Counted from the stretch's first letter, positions 9,394 to 18,897 are shown. The stretch: 52,637 nucleotides of DNA from an archaeon (GCA_043806035.1 JAZDHK010000036.1:1-52637), one strand, 5' to 3'. Made by a program: numbers and translations. Notes: generated by a model from the sequence alone, not told the origin.

Positions 9394-9559
9394 GGCAACA
9401 TCCCGTCACAACATCAACCAAAAAAAGGTTTATAGTTTCAACTTTCAATGCTCTTTGTTTATTCAGTATATAAACTCGAGCTTTCAATCTTAAATTTATT
9501 TACAGAAATAGTTGAAAATATCCACCATACGTTAATAAGGAAGAGTATACCAGTATAAC

Positions 9560-9607
9560 ATTGTGCACAATATCGGACACGATGCAAGATACGATGTTGT
9601 GCACAAC
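9560..9607. promoter_or_regulatory. Tandem palindromic operators (core TTGTGCACAA twice)
   Basis: Perfect 12-bp palindromes ATTGTGCACAAT (9560-9571) and GTTGTGCACAAC (9596-9607) in the divergent Lrp / giant-gene intergenic region. Confidence 0.6.
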
Positions 9608-9665
9608 CCCTCCCCTCAGCAATGACGGCAGCGACGACAAGACAGCAAGCACAGAGACAGAACAC

Positions 9666-12600
9666 ATGGGCATCACCGCGGAGAGCATTTTACATCTCAT
9701 TATAGAACATCAGGGATTGAGCATAACAGAACTGGTCAAGAGAACACAGCTTCCACGATCAGCCATACGCGTCACGCTCGCCAAGCTCGAGGGCGCAGAA
9801 AAAATCACGTGCAGAAAAGTGGGGATGGCAAAGCTCTACCTACCCAAGCTGTTCCTGCTTTTCTTCATCGTGAGCTTCATTTCCATCCTCACCTGCACAA
9901 GAGGCTTCGCCCTCACGGTAGACGTGACTCAGTATGGATACCTCACCACAAACGACGAATATGATACAAGCCCGAGCATCACGTTCGATGGCACGACCTA
10001 TTGGCTATTCTTCACCAAGGCAACGACGGGAAGCGTACGGAGCGACACGTACTTTCCCGAACTGGACAAATATCATGTCTATTACAAGACAAGCGACAGC
10101 GTCCTCGGACTGGCGACTGCAGAGGAGATATTGCTGGAGGAGAGCACCACACTCTCGGATAGCTTCTCCCAGCGGTTTGCCTCCGCAACGCACTACCACA
10201 ACGCCACATACGTCTTCGTCTCAGCAAGCATAGACAGCGAAGAACAATCCATCTACTATTACGTGCACAACGATAGCGCTGACAACAGTACCGGGAATTG
10301 GTCGGGACCTCATCTCTTCCTCGAGGATCCCGACCTCTCTCCCAACGACCCAGACATCCCCGATAAGAAACTGCTGAGAGTTCATGTCACGAGCGACGAT
10401 GCATTCATTTACGTGATAAGCAGCAACACGACAGAAAGTCTCATCTCCACCTGGAACGGCGAATTCCAGACATTGCTTGCAGAGATCGATCCTGACGAGG
10501 ACATTGACGTCGCAGACATAACCGTATTGAACGGGACGATATACCTTGTCGGCTCTCTCAACTATGAGGGCAACGATCTCGTCGTGTATGACGGGCCTGC
10601 ACAAGCCGTTCCCGAACTGACACTGGAATCCAATCTCATCACGACGGGACACTATCAGCCAGGCATCTTCAACAACGGCAGCGGCCTCTTCGTCATGAGC
10701 GTCGGCGTCGATGGCACGAGCTACTACCTGCAGATGTTCACCATCCTGCCAGAAGGATGGTATGGACCTACTATGGTGAGCCTAGGCAAGTATGACGAAG
10801 ATGGTGACAGTGAATGCTATGAGTACGAGACATGGCATGATGAGCAGCCAACAGGATTCTGGGATGGCAACATGACGTACTTGCTCTTCATGAGCGAAAC
10901 AGAGGACTTGACGACATACAGTGATGCGGAGATCGTCATTGCAAACATCAGTTGGTCGACCTTAAACAATCACTATTTCAGCATACAGAATGCCCTGCTG
11001 CAGGCGGAACGCGAAGATGAAATACTCATTCATGAAGGCACGTATGTGGAGAATGCGATCATCGAGAACAAATACATAGTGCGAGGGCAGCATGCAACGA
11101 TGCTCGGCGAGCTCGTCATCAGGGACTCTCCCGTCCTCATCGAAAACCTGAATTTGAGTGCAGACACGGCAATCACGATAGAAGAAACGGACGCATCAGA
11201 GATCAACATCAGCAATTGCTCCATCTTCGCATCGACAGCAATCGAGAACCAAGGCACGGGAAGCGTACAGGCAGCACTCAACTACTATTCGCTTGATCCG
11301 TACGAGAATCATGATGTCCTGCAGGGAGATGTCATGTACAGTCCGTGGTATGTCGATTCAGAAAGGACGCAGTACACGTACACGGAAGCGATGCAAGAGC
11401 GTGACGAGCTGGCATTCTCTGACGTCAGTGAGGAATCCCAAGACAGTGTCAGCTTACCCTTGAGTTTATTTCACAGGGGAAGATATGCTACACTTGTTTG
11501 GGAGACGAACGACAGCAGCATCGATGAGGAAGGAAATGTCTACTACGCACCAGAAGGGAAAGCTGTTGAAGTGAGCGCAGGCATACGATTGACGGGATCG
11601 AGCAGGGAAGCTCCTGTCTACAAGAATTTCTCAGTCACCATACAGACGAGCGATGCACAGTCGCTCGTGGACGAGGCAGCGGCAAATCTTGCATTCACGG
11701 ACATACAGGCAGCAAACACGGCTATAGATAATATCAGTGAGAACCTCGACCTGCCCATAACATTCTCAGACTGCACGGTCACCTGGAACTCAACGAAAAC
11801 GAGCCTGATCGATGAAGACGGGAACGTCATGCCAACGGAAGAAGAGCAGAACTGCACAATAACTGCACTGTTGGAACGGAATGGCAAGACTGCAGAGAAG
11901 GAATTCACGCTTACCATCCCTGGCGAGGAGCAAACACCTGCAGGGGAAGCGGCACGTACTCTCACCCGATCTAGTGTTCTCGGGCAGAATTTTGGCGACA
12001 TACGAACAAGTCTCAACCTGACGCAGAGCATAGACAATGTTTCCGTGGATTGGACGTCAAGCGATCTAGACGTGCTCCGCCCGAGCGGTTCTGCCACACT
12101 CGTCATCTTCACCAACGGCGATGACGTGATAGATGAGCAGTCCATCACGTACGACGAAACAGGTGTGTTCACGGGCAATGGTGTGGTATTCTCCTGCGGC
12201 AGCTGCGATAATGCGTCGTTTGATGACGACCTTGCCATCATCGGCAACGAGGCGGTCTGCGGCATCGAAGAAGACATCTTAATGAATTTCATCACGCAGG
12301 ATGTGCAGCTTTGCGCAAGAGCAGGAGAAATATTGTATGCAATAAACCTGACATCAATCTATATTGCCGAGGAGGATTGCATTGACAACGCAGATGGCTC
12401 ATGCGAGCTTGCAGGCAATTTGACCAGCTACACGCGGACAAAGATCGGAAGGGGAGGAAATGTGAGTCGGCAGAACCGGACGCAGGCATTGATACTCACC
12501 GCGGTCTTGAACGACAGCATGACGACAAAGGAAAAAAAGTTCAGGTTCAATGTCATCGAGAACATGCCTACCTTGGTGGGCGAACAGGCCAGCGTTGTTG

Positions 12601-14027
12601 TGTATCCAGGCATGGATGAAGTTACGCTTTCAGAGAACACGAGCTCGGTCAGCATTAGCGGCAACCTCACCAGACAAATATACGCGCTTATCGAGCAGCC
12701 GCTGCAAGAAGCCATTGAGATAAACCGAACACCCTACCGGGCACGTCTGCCACAAGGCATGTCCGGGCTCATCCAAATTCCCACACAATCGGAAGAGAGC
12801 ATCAACACAACGTACATCGTCAATGATCTCGTGACTGTCGGCTATAGCACGTCAGCACAGCTTACTAATCCGCTTCAGCTCATCTTTGAGGGGGCAGGGG
12901 ACAAACGTGCAGGCATCATCGAGAATGGCAGCATCACCGATATTCTCGACCAATGCACGAACAGCGACGAGCCAGGCATCACGGAAGGGCAGTGCTTGTA
13001 TGCAGATGATGACGTGAGCATATGGACGTTCCATTTAAGCACGTTCGTCACATTCAGCGCAGCAGCACAGCCAGAACGCAGCGCCCATTCATCGACGGGA
13101 ACGTCATCCTCGAATCGTCCTGCCTCAGCAGCTGCCGCGTGCACGCCTTCATGGACGTGCTCTGCATGGAGTGACTGCACAGGCAAGAGGACAAGGACAT
13201 GCATTGATGAGAACAATTGCAACAAGCCACGCACCCAACCGCCACTAGAGGAGACATGCACACCCTCAAAAGAGAAGCAGGAGCTTGACCAATCGAAGGT
13301 GTCTGCACTGAAGAAAAAAGTTGCCTTATTCGATATTATTGCAGAACTCATCACGGACAGCATCACCGCCGACGGGAAGCTTCTTGCCAAGATCACGCTG
13401 ATCAACTTCGGCAGTTCTGGAGAGGTAGACACGAACCTGCACTATCTCATACGGGACGAGAACGACAAGATAGTGTACGAGGCAAGAGAGGTCGTAACGG
13501 TAATAACCCAGAAGGAGTACATACGACCGTTCGACGTGTCTGCATTCGCGCCAGGGACGTACAAGCTTAGCATAGAATTGCTGTACGAAGGGCAGCAGGA
13601 AGAGGCGTTCACGGAAAAAACGTTCGTGATAGGAAAGAAACAGACATTCCCGTTCCTGATATTCCTGCCCGTGCTTGCCTTGTTTGCCGGAGGATACTTT
13701 CTCGTCCGAAAAAGAAAAAAGGATGAACAACAAACTCCTGTTGTGGGCAAGAAACAGCCCATCATTCGAGAGGTGCTCACAAAAGCAAGTCTCAAAAAAG
13801 AGGAGGCGGCATTCACTGAGCTCAGCGAGGATAATCCGGGCAAGCGTCTTGCAAAGACCATCCGTGACATGGATGACATCACCTTCAGGCAATATGTCTC
13901 TTCGAAAAGTTTTCCCGCATGGATTCGTGAGAAGACGCATGATGAGCAGCTTGCGCTGAAACTGCAAGGATTGGCGGACAAGGAAGCAATACTGAACGTT
14001 CTCGAGAAAGCTATACCGGGAACGTGA
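9666..14027 (+). CDS. Giant surface protein: wHTH - TM/signal - propeller-like and beta-helix-like regions - 3 Ig-like repeats - TSP1-like Cys motif - Ig - TM - DUF5752-like tail
   Basis: GLSITELVKRTQLPRSAIRVTLAKLEG wHTH; repeats of LxLP...W.S....IDEDGNV; CTPSWTCSAWSDC...RTRTC; C-terminal TM plus RKRKK; MDDITFRQYV..FPAWI...DEQLA tail; start taken as ATG 9666. Confidence 0.8.
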   Translation: MGITAESILHLIIEHQGLSITELVKRTQLPRSAIRVTLAKLEGAEKITCRKVGMAKLYLPKLFLLFFIVSFISILTCTRGFALTVDVTQYGYLTTNDEYDTSPSITFDGTTYWLFFTKATTGSVRSDTYFPELDKYHVYYKTSDSVLGLATAEEILLEESTTLSDSFSQRFASATHYHNATYVFVSASIDSEEQSIYYYVHNDSADNSTGNWSGPHLFLEDPDLSPNDPDIPDKKLLRVHVTSDDAFIYVISSNTTESLISTWNGEFQTLLAEIDPDEDIDVADITVLNGTIYLVGSLNYEGNDLVVYDGPAQAVPELTLESNLITTGHYQPGIFNNGSGLFVMSVGVDGTSYYLQMFTILPEGWYGPTMVSLGKYDEDGDSECYEYETWHDEQPTGFWDGNMTYLLFMSETEDLTTYSDAEIVIANISWSTLNNHYFSIQNALLQAEREDEILIHEGTYVENAIIENKYIVRGQHATMLGELVIRDSPVLIENLNLSADTAITIEETDASEINISNCSIFASTAIENQGTGSVQAALNYYSLDPYENHDVLQGDVMYSPWYVDSERTQYTYTEAMQERDELAFSDVSEESQDSVSLPLSLFHRGRYATLVWETNDSSIDEEGNVYYAPEGKAVEVSAGIRLTGSSREAPVYKNFSVTIQTSDAQSLVDEAAANLAFTDIQAANTAIDNISENLDLPITFSDCTVTWNSTKTSLIDEDGNVMPTEEEQNCTITALLERNGKTAEKEFTLTIPGEEQTPAGEAARTLTRSSVLGQNFGDIRTSLNLTQSIDNVSVDWTSSDLDVLRPSGSATLVIFTNGDDVIDEQSITYDETGVFTGNGVVFSCGSCDNASFDDDLAIIGNEAVCGIEEDILMNFITQDVQLCARAGEILYAINLTSIYIAEEDCIDNADGSCELAGNLTSYTRTKIGRGGNVSRQNRTQALILTAVLNDSMTTKEKKFRFNVIENMPTLVGEQASVVVYPGMDEVTLSENTSSVSISGNLTRQIYALIEQPLQEAIEINRTPYRARLPQGMSGLIQIPTQSEESINTTYIVNDLVTVGYSTSAQLTNPLQLIFEGAGDKRAGIIENGSITDILDQCTNSDEPGITEGQCLYADDDVSIWTFHLSTFVTFSAAAQPERSAHSSTGTSSSNRPASAAAACTPSWTCSAWSDCTGKRTRTCIDENNCNKPRTQPPLEETCTPSKEKQELDQSKVSALKKKVALFDIIAELITDSITADGKLLAKITLINFGSSGEVDTNLHYLIRDENDKIVYEAREVVTVITQKEYIRPFDVSAFAPGTYKLSIELLYEGQQEEAFTEKTFVIGKKQTFPFLIFLPVLALFAGGYFLVRKRKKDEQQTPVVGKKQPIIREVLTKASLKKEEAAFTELSEDNPGKRLAKTIRDMDDITFRQYVSSKSFPAWIREKTHDEQLALKLQGLADKEAILNVLEKAIPGT

Positions 14028-15918
14028 TGGTGAAGGTGCTGCCCTTGCCGAGCTGGCTTTCCACGCAAATCGTGCCGCCTATCTTGTCCGCAAGTGTCTT
14101 TGCAATGCTGAGCCCTTTCTTTTCGCCCGAAGCGCTGCTGAACAGCGTCTTGACCTTATCCTCGCTCAAACCAATACCCGTGTCCTTCACTTTCAGCACG
14201 ACCTTGTCTTGATAGGTTGCCTCGATGGTGATGCCGCCTTGGTTGGTGAATGCTATGGCATTGCCAAGCAGGTTGTAGAGTATTTGCTCGAGAAGGAGCT
14301 TGTCCACCTGGATCACTTTTCCTTCCACGTTTATGGTGAAGGTGAGCTTCTTCTCCTCTGCGAGAATGCGCAGGTTGTCAACAACTTCCTCGACAGCGTC
14401 CTTGATGAGCACGGCATCCCGCTGGTGCAGCCCCTCGGTCATGTTGTGTATGAATTTGCTGATGCTGGCGACTTGCTTGAGCACCTCAGGATGGTCCTTT
14501 ACTCTGGTGAGGTGCTTGGCCAGGGCTTCCAGGGGAGTGCGCAATTGGCTTGAGAACTCATCCTGTCCTGCCTGGACGAGCGCATAGTGCTTCTTGAGCT
14601 CTTCGCTGACTTTGGTGAGGGCTGCCTGGGTCTCCTTGAAGACGGTGGCATCGCCCTGCTGCCTGACAAGCACAACGACGTTCTTGTCCTGCAATGCGCA
14701 TTTGGCATCGAATGTCTTTCCTGATGCCGTGAACGTGAATGCTGCACTGTTTTTTTGGAGGGTCTCCTGGATTGCTGCTGTGAGCTGTTCGGGAGGGAGT
14801 GCTGCTCCGCCGAGTCGTTCCGTTCTCTTCGCATCGAGTTGTTTCCCGTCATTGTCGAAGAGGAAGTATGCGTCGGGGATGACGTTGAAGAGGGATTGTT
14901 GGATTGCGGTGAGGTTCTGCAGGTTGTCCATGGTCTGCTTCAGGGTTATGGAGAGATAGGAAATTTCGTCATTGCCCTGAATGGTTGCTGTCAGCGTTGT
15001 CTTCTCCCCTCTGCTGATCTTGTGCAGTTCGTCAGCAAGTTTCATGATCCTGCTCGTTACCATGCGGCTGATGAAGAACATTCCAGAAACCACCATGATG
15101 ATGCCGTACAGCAGCAAAAAGATGATTATCAGCAGTATTGCTTCCCTTCCATGTTGGGATATCGTCCGTTCAATGGTGGTGGACATGACTGCTATCTGCT
15201 TATCCTGCACGTCATACAAGGGAAGGTTTCCCTTCATGGTGTTGGCATCAATGATTACTAAGGGAAGTGTTTGCTCAGCCTCTATTGTGATAGAGAGTGG
15301 AAGTTGCGTTAATGCTGAAAGCTTGCTCAGCTGTTGCTGGTCGAGGAATCTTCCCATCAGCATGTATCCTGCACGCGTGCCTGATTCATTGCTCGGCAGC
15401 ACGTCCCGGATGGCGAACAAGAATATTTTTCCGTTCAGCAGCAGCATGCCGTGCTTGCCCTCTCCCAAATCATGCTCGTACACGTCATAGTTGAGAAGGG
15501 TAGTAATGTAGGCGAGCATGTCTGTGTACATGTCTGATTCCTGTACGGCAGTCAGGTTGTCCTGTCCTGTTGTTGTCTCCGCGTACAAAACGTCCGTCGT
15601 GTTGGTGATGATGACCAAGTCCATGTTGAGATTGGTGAAGACGCTCTGGGTCATGTCCTCTTCAATATACGCTGGATTTTCCTGTTCGGCATATGCGTAT
15701 GTTGCATCCCACGAGCTGTAGTCGTGCAATGATACGTCGATGTCGCTTATTTCCCTCTCTACTGCATTGCTCAATAGCGTAATCGTGGATTGTGCCGTTT
15801 CCTCTTCCACTGTCGTGAACTGGTGCTGCATGATGCTGCTGGCAACGATGGCGAATATGGCGCTCAGCACAATCGTCAGCCCAAGGACTGCCAACAATAT
15901 TTTTAGTTGCAACTTCAT
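14011..15918 (-). CDS. CHASE4-HAMP histidine kinase-like protein with degenerate H-box (probable pseudokinase)
   Basis: DYSSWDATY (CHASE4), GNDEI (HAMP), NLLGNAI and DTGIG retained; H-box reads SSQLRTPL; G2 box reads EKKGLSI. Confidence 0.85.
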   Translation of the reverse strand: MKLQLKILLAVLGLTIVLSAIFAIVASSIMQHQFTTVEEETAQSTITLLSNAVEREISDIDVSLHDYSSWDATYAYAEQENPAYIEEDMTQSVFTNLNMDLVIITNTTDVLYAETTTGQDNLTAVQESDMYTDMLAYITTLLNYDVYEHDLGEGKHGMLLLNGKIFLFAIRDVLPSNESGTRAGYMLMGRFLDQQQLSKLSALTQLPLSITIEAEQTLPLVIIDANTMKGNLPLYDVQDKQIAVMSTTIERTISQHGREAILLIIIFLLLYGIIMVVSGMFFISRMVTSRIMKLADELHKISRGEKTTLTATIQGNDEISYLSITLKQTMDNLQNLTAIQQSLFNVIPDAYFLFDNDGKQLDAKRTERLGGAALPPEQLTAAIQETLQKNSAAFTFTASGKTFDAKCALQDKNVVVLVRQQGDATVFKETQAALTKVSEELKKHYALVQAGQDEFSSQLRTPLEALAKHLTRVKDHPEVLKQVASISKFIHNMTEGLHQRDAVLIKDAVEEVVDNLRILAEEKKLTFTINVEGKVIQVDKLLLEQILYNLLGNAIAFTNQGGITIEATYQDKVVLKVKDTGIGLSEDKVKTLFSSASGEKKGLSIAKTLADKIGGTICVESQLGKGSTFTITFPV

Positions 15919-16083
15919 GCGGTTGCTAACAAAACGCGCATTTAAAAGGTTTTGTCACTCCTGTCAGTGATAACACGCACAAACGTGTACGGGAAGCATA
16001 GACGTAGCATCCATTACTCTTGCATAAGGGGCACTGGTCAAGGAGGCAGCAGCTTAAAAAAGAAATGCAGTAATTAAAGCAGT

Positions 16084-16965
16084 GTGCTTCGCTCATCATT
16101 CATCATCCTGGACGGCATCGGCAAAAAGGCAGAGCAGAATATTTGGCAGCAGGAAATACAGCATTGGCCAGATTTTCTCAGCAGGGCAGCAATACGAGGC
16201 ATAGGCAAAGAACGCAAAACATACTATGACCGCATGCTCCTGCAGGCAATGCGTGCACATGCTGAAGCGCAGTATTCGTTCTTTGCAGAAAGACTCCTTG
16301 CTTCAGAGCAGTACCGGCTCTATGACGAATTACGGGAGCACTGCCTGTTCGTGGATATCGAGACCAGCAATGCACTTGGCGACATTACGGTCATCGGTCT
16401 TTCTGATGGGGAGCACATGAAGACGCTGGTGAAAGGCATCAATCTTTTCCAAGATGTGGTAGTGGAGGCATTCTCGCAGGCAGAGCTGCTCCTCACCTTC
16501 AATGGCAGCAGTTTCGACCTGCCTATGCTGAGGAAATTCTGCACCCTTCCTGATCTGCCGCATATCGACTTACGGCATGTCGCTGCGAGGCTAGGGTACA
16601 CTGGCGGGCTCAAGGCAATTGAACACAGGCTCGGCATAACTCGTCGAGAGAGCGTCCAGGGCATGCAGGGCAGTGATGCGGCACCGTACTGGCATCTGTT
16701 CAAGCTTACAGGCAACAGAGCATATCTTGAGCGGTTAATAGCATATAATGAGGAGGATGTGCTGAACTTGCGCACTCTCGCAGACATACTCATTCCCAAA
16801 CTGTGGGCGCAAAGGCACGAGTCAGACTCCGTTGTCCGCATGGCGAAGTTTTCTAATAAGACAGCTGGTACGATTGCCCTCGAACTGTGCAGCTGCCGCA
16901 AAAGCTGTACGGAGCGCGGACTGAAGAATTTCAACAAGGCCCTCATGTCAGAAAAGTTAATATAG
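16084..16965 (+). CDS. YprB-like RNase H-fold (DnaQ-like) exonuclease
   Basis: FVDIET, LLTFNGSSFDLP, HIDL, GGLKAIE..LG and YNEEDV motifs. Confidence 0.88.
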   Translation: MLRSSFIILDGIGKKAEQNIWQQEIQHWPDFLSRAAIRGIGKERKTYYDRMLLQAMRAHAEAQYSFFAERLLASEQYRLYDELREHCLFVDIETSNALGDITVIGLSDGEHMKTLVKGINLFQDVVVEAFSQAELLLTFNGSSFDLPMLRKFCTLPDLPHIDLRHVAARLGYTGGLKAIEHRLGITRRESVQGMQGSDAAPYWHLFKLTGNRAYLERLIAYNEEDVLNLRTLADILIPKLWAQRHESDSVVRMAKFSNKTAGTIALELCSCRKSCTERGLKNFNKALMSEKLI

Positions 16966-16986
16966 TCCGGACGATTCTCAGCACGC

Positions 16987-17475
16987 ATGACCTGGCAACT
17001 ATCTTCAACAAAAGAGCTGTTGGAAGTATCCCGTGTTGGCAAGAACGGCAGGAGTGCACAGCACTACCTTCCCTTGAATGAGAAGACAACTGATCTACGC
17101 CTCATCATCACGAGCACAGATGCGAGCCTGACTATAGCGCCTGTCACGCTTGAACGCCTCATGCTGCACGTTGACGAGAAGTATCCTGACAAGGAAATCG
17201 ACCTGCTCGTCGTGAATCTGAAAAATGGAAATACCGTTGAATCGATAGGGTATTATCTTACGTGCGGCACGGTGCGGATGATGGAACAGTATTTTTTCTG
17301 GAACGACCTGCCTGGCAAGTACCATGTCGGTCTCTGGGAAGACAGGGAGTGGCCGGAAGAGCGTACTGCGCTTGGTGGCAGGCTGGATGCGTATTTTACT
17401 CAGCTGAAAAAAGAACGACCTCACGCGGCAGCCAGCCTAGATGCATGCTATGCGCAGCTGAGAAGTACTAAATAA
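16987..17475 (+). CDS. Hypothetical protein
   Basis: 162 aa ORF co-oriented with the upstream gene; no motif recognised. Confidence 0.55.
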   Translation: MTWQLSSTKELLEVSRVGKNGRSAQHYLPLNEKTTDLRLIITSTDASLTIAPVTLERLMLHVDEKYPDKEIDLLVVNLKNGNTVESIGYYLTCGTVRMMEQYFFWNDLPGKYHVGLWEDREWPEERTALGGRLDAYFTQLKKERPHAAASLDACYAQLRSTK

Positions 17476-17486
17476 TAAGAAAAAAA

Positions 17487-17645
17487 TTACTTTTTCTTGT
17501 TCGGGTTCGAGATGACTCTCCACGCCTCGATGCCCGAGGGTGCTCTCGTCACCGCAAAGTACCTTGCTCCCTTCTGTACAATCTTGTAATTGTTGCTCTT
17601 GAACTTTTTTTTGCCTTTCACATCGAAGAAATCGAGTTCGTCCAT
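17487..17645 (-). CDS. Small basic Cc1-like chromatin protein
   Basis: 52 aa MDELDFFDVKGKKKFKSNNYKIVQKGARYFAVTRAPSGIEAWRVISNPNKKK; strong GGAGG RBS; pattern matches crenarchaeal Cc1 as recalled. Confidence 0.65.
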   Translation of the reverse strand: MDELDFFDVKGKKKFKSNNYKIVQKGARYFAVTRAPSGIEAWRVISNPNKKK

Positions 17646-17804
17646 GGTCTTTCCTCCTGCAGTAGCATACTGTTTACTCATTCCGTAGGGTTTTGCTTTA
17701 TATATTTTGCGTTGGCACACAGCGAAAATGCACAAAAAAGGCAGCACCACTCTTTAATGACTACCAGCAGAAAGCTTATATATCAGCGTGCATTCTACAC
17801 AGCC

Positions 17805-18212
17805 ATGTCGCTCACCGAAAAGCTCACCATGGTGCCTGAGATCACGTACAGGGTGGACTATGAGGGAGATGAGTATGAAGTTAATGCGCAGCTATATCCT
17901 GGAGAAGACGTAGCTTTGCGCGGCGGGATATTCGTTTACCAGATAAAACGAAAACTCAAGGGAGGATTGCTGAGCACGGTGAACAATCCGAGATTCAAAG
18001 AAAAATTAGAGCTAGTGATTGACGTTAATTTTGAATTCACGCGACCATTCGAGGAATTGCACATCCTGACTAATCTGAGCCTACTCCGTCGAGATACGGA
18101 CCAGGAAAAGAACTATTGGTCTGGCCACCACATATCCAAGGAGACTGCCGAGTTGCTGTTCAGGCAGGCGTACGATTACTTCCAGAAGTTCAATGCGTAT
18201 CTGCGATCGTGA
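17805..18212 (+). CDS. Hypothetical protein
   Basis: ATG ~25 nt after a TTATATA box; no motif recognised. Confidence 0.55.
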   Translation: MSLTEKLTMVPEITYRVDYEGDEYEVNAQLYPGEDVALRGGIFVYQIKRKLKGGLLSTVNNPRFKEKLELVIDVNFEFTRPFEELHILTNLSLLRRDTDQEKNYWSGHHISKETAELLFRQAYDYFQKFNAYLRS

Positions 18213-18309
18213 AACATTCTTCTTAAGACTTTTTTGCATCTTCTTTGTTGCGCTACAAGCACGGCTCAAACCACGAATATTTATAAACAAATAATCAACA
18301 CTCCGCACG

Positions 18310-18897
18310 ATGAATGAAACGAAAGCCATACAGTACGCTTTGCATGCGCTTTCAGGGCTGAATCCTTCCCTTGAACATCATGACCTTGAACACACAAAAT
18401 CATTCGTCTTGCCCTGCGTAGAGCTCTTGTGCAAGAAAGAGGGTGTATCTTCAGAAGAGACTGCGCTCCTACGAACCGCTGCCGCATTCCACGATCTTGG
18501 CTATCTTGAAGAATATCATAACAACGAATATGTCGCAATACGGATTGCAAAAGAGCAACTGCCCAAATTCGAATACACAACAGAAGAGATTGCAACCGTT
18601 GAACGGCTCATACGCATCACCAATCTACGAACAAACCCCAGCAAACTGGACGAGTGCATCTTGCGCGATGCGGACATCAGTCATTTAGGTTCGAAGAGAT
18701 TTTTTGAAAGAAGCGATAAATACAGAAAGGAACTTGCTGCACGAGGAAAAAGGTATTCGGATAAAGAGTGGCTGCAATTCCAGATTCAGTTCATGAACCA
18801 GCAGCAATATTACACGACTACTGCAAAAAAACTCCTCGATCCAATACGAAAGCAGAATATAGAAAAGATGCAGGAGATGCTCAAGGATCTATCGTAA
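18310..18897 (+). CDS. HD-domain metal-dependent phosphohydrolase
   Basis: HHDLEHT, AAAFHDLG and ILRDAD motifs. Confidence 0.88.
   Translation: MNETKAIQYALHALSGLNPSLEHHDLEHTKSFVLPCVELLCKKEGVSSEETALLRTAAAFHDLGYLEEYHNNEYVAIRIAKEQLPKFEYTTEEIATVERLIRITNLRTNPSKLDECILRDADISHLGSKRFFERSDKYRKELAARGKRYSDKEWLQFQIQFMNQQQYYTTTAKKLLDPIRKQNIEKMQEMLKDLS

Noticed and set aside
9561-9665. 35 aa N-terminal extension of the giant ORF from TTG 9561
   Set aside because: It overlaps the palindromic operators and is low-complexity; ATG 9666 begins the wHTH
18310-18897. HD protein as part of a Pycsar or CRISPR (Cas3 HD) system
   Set aside because: Stand-alone gene with no cyclase, TM effector, cas genes or array nearby
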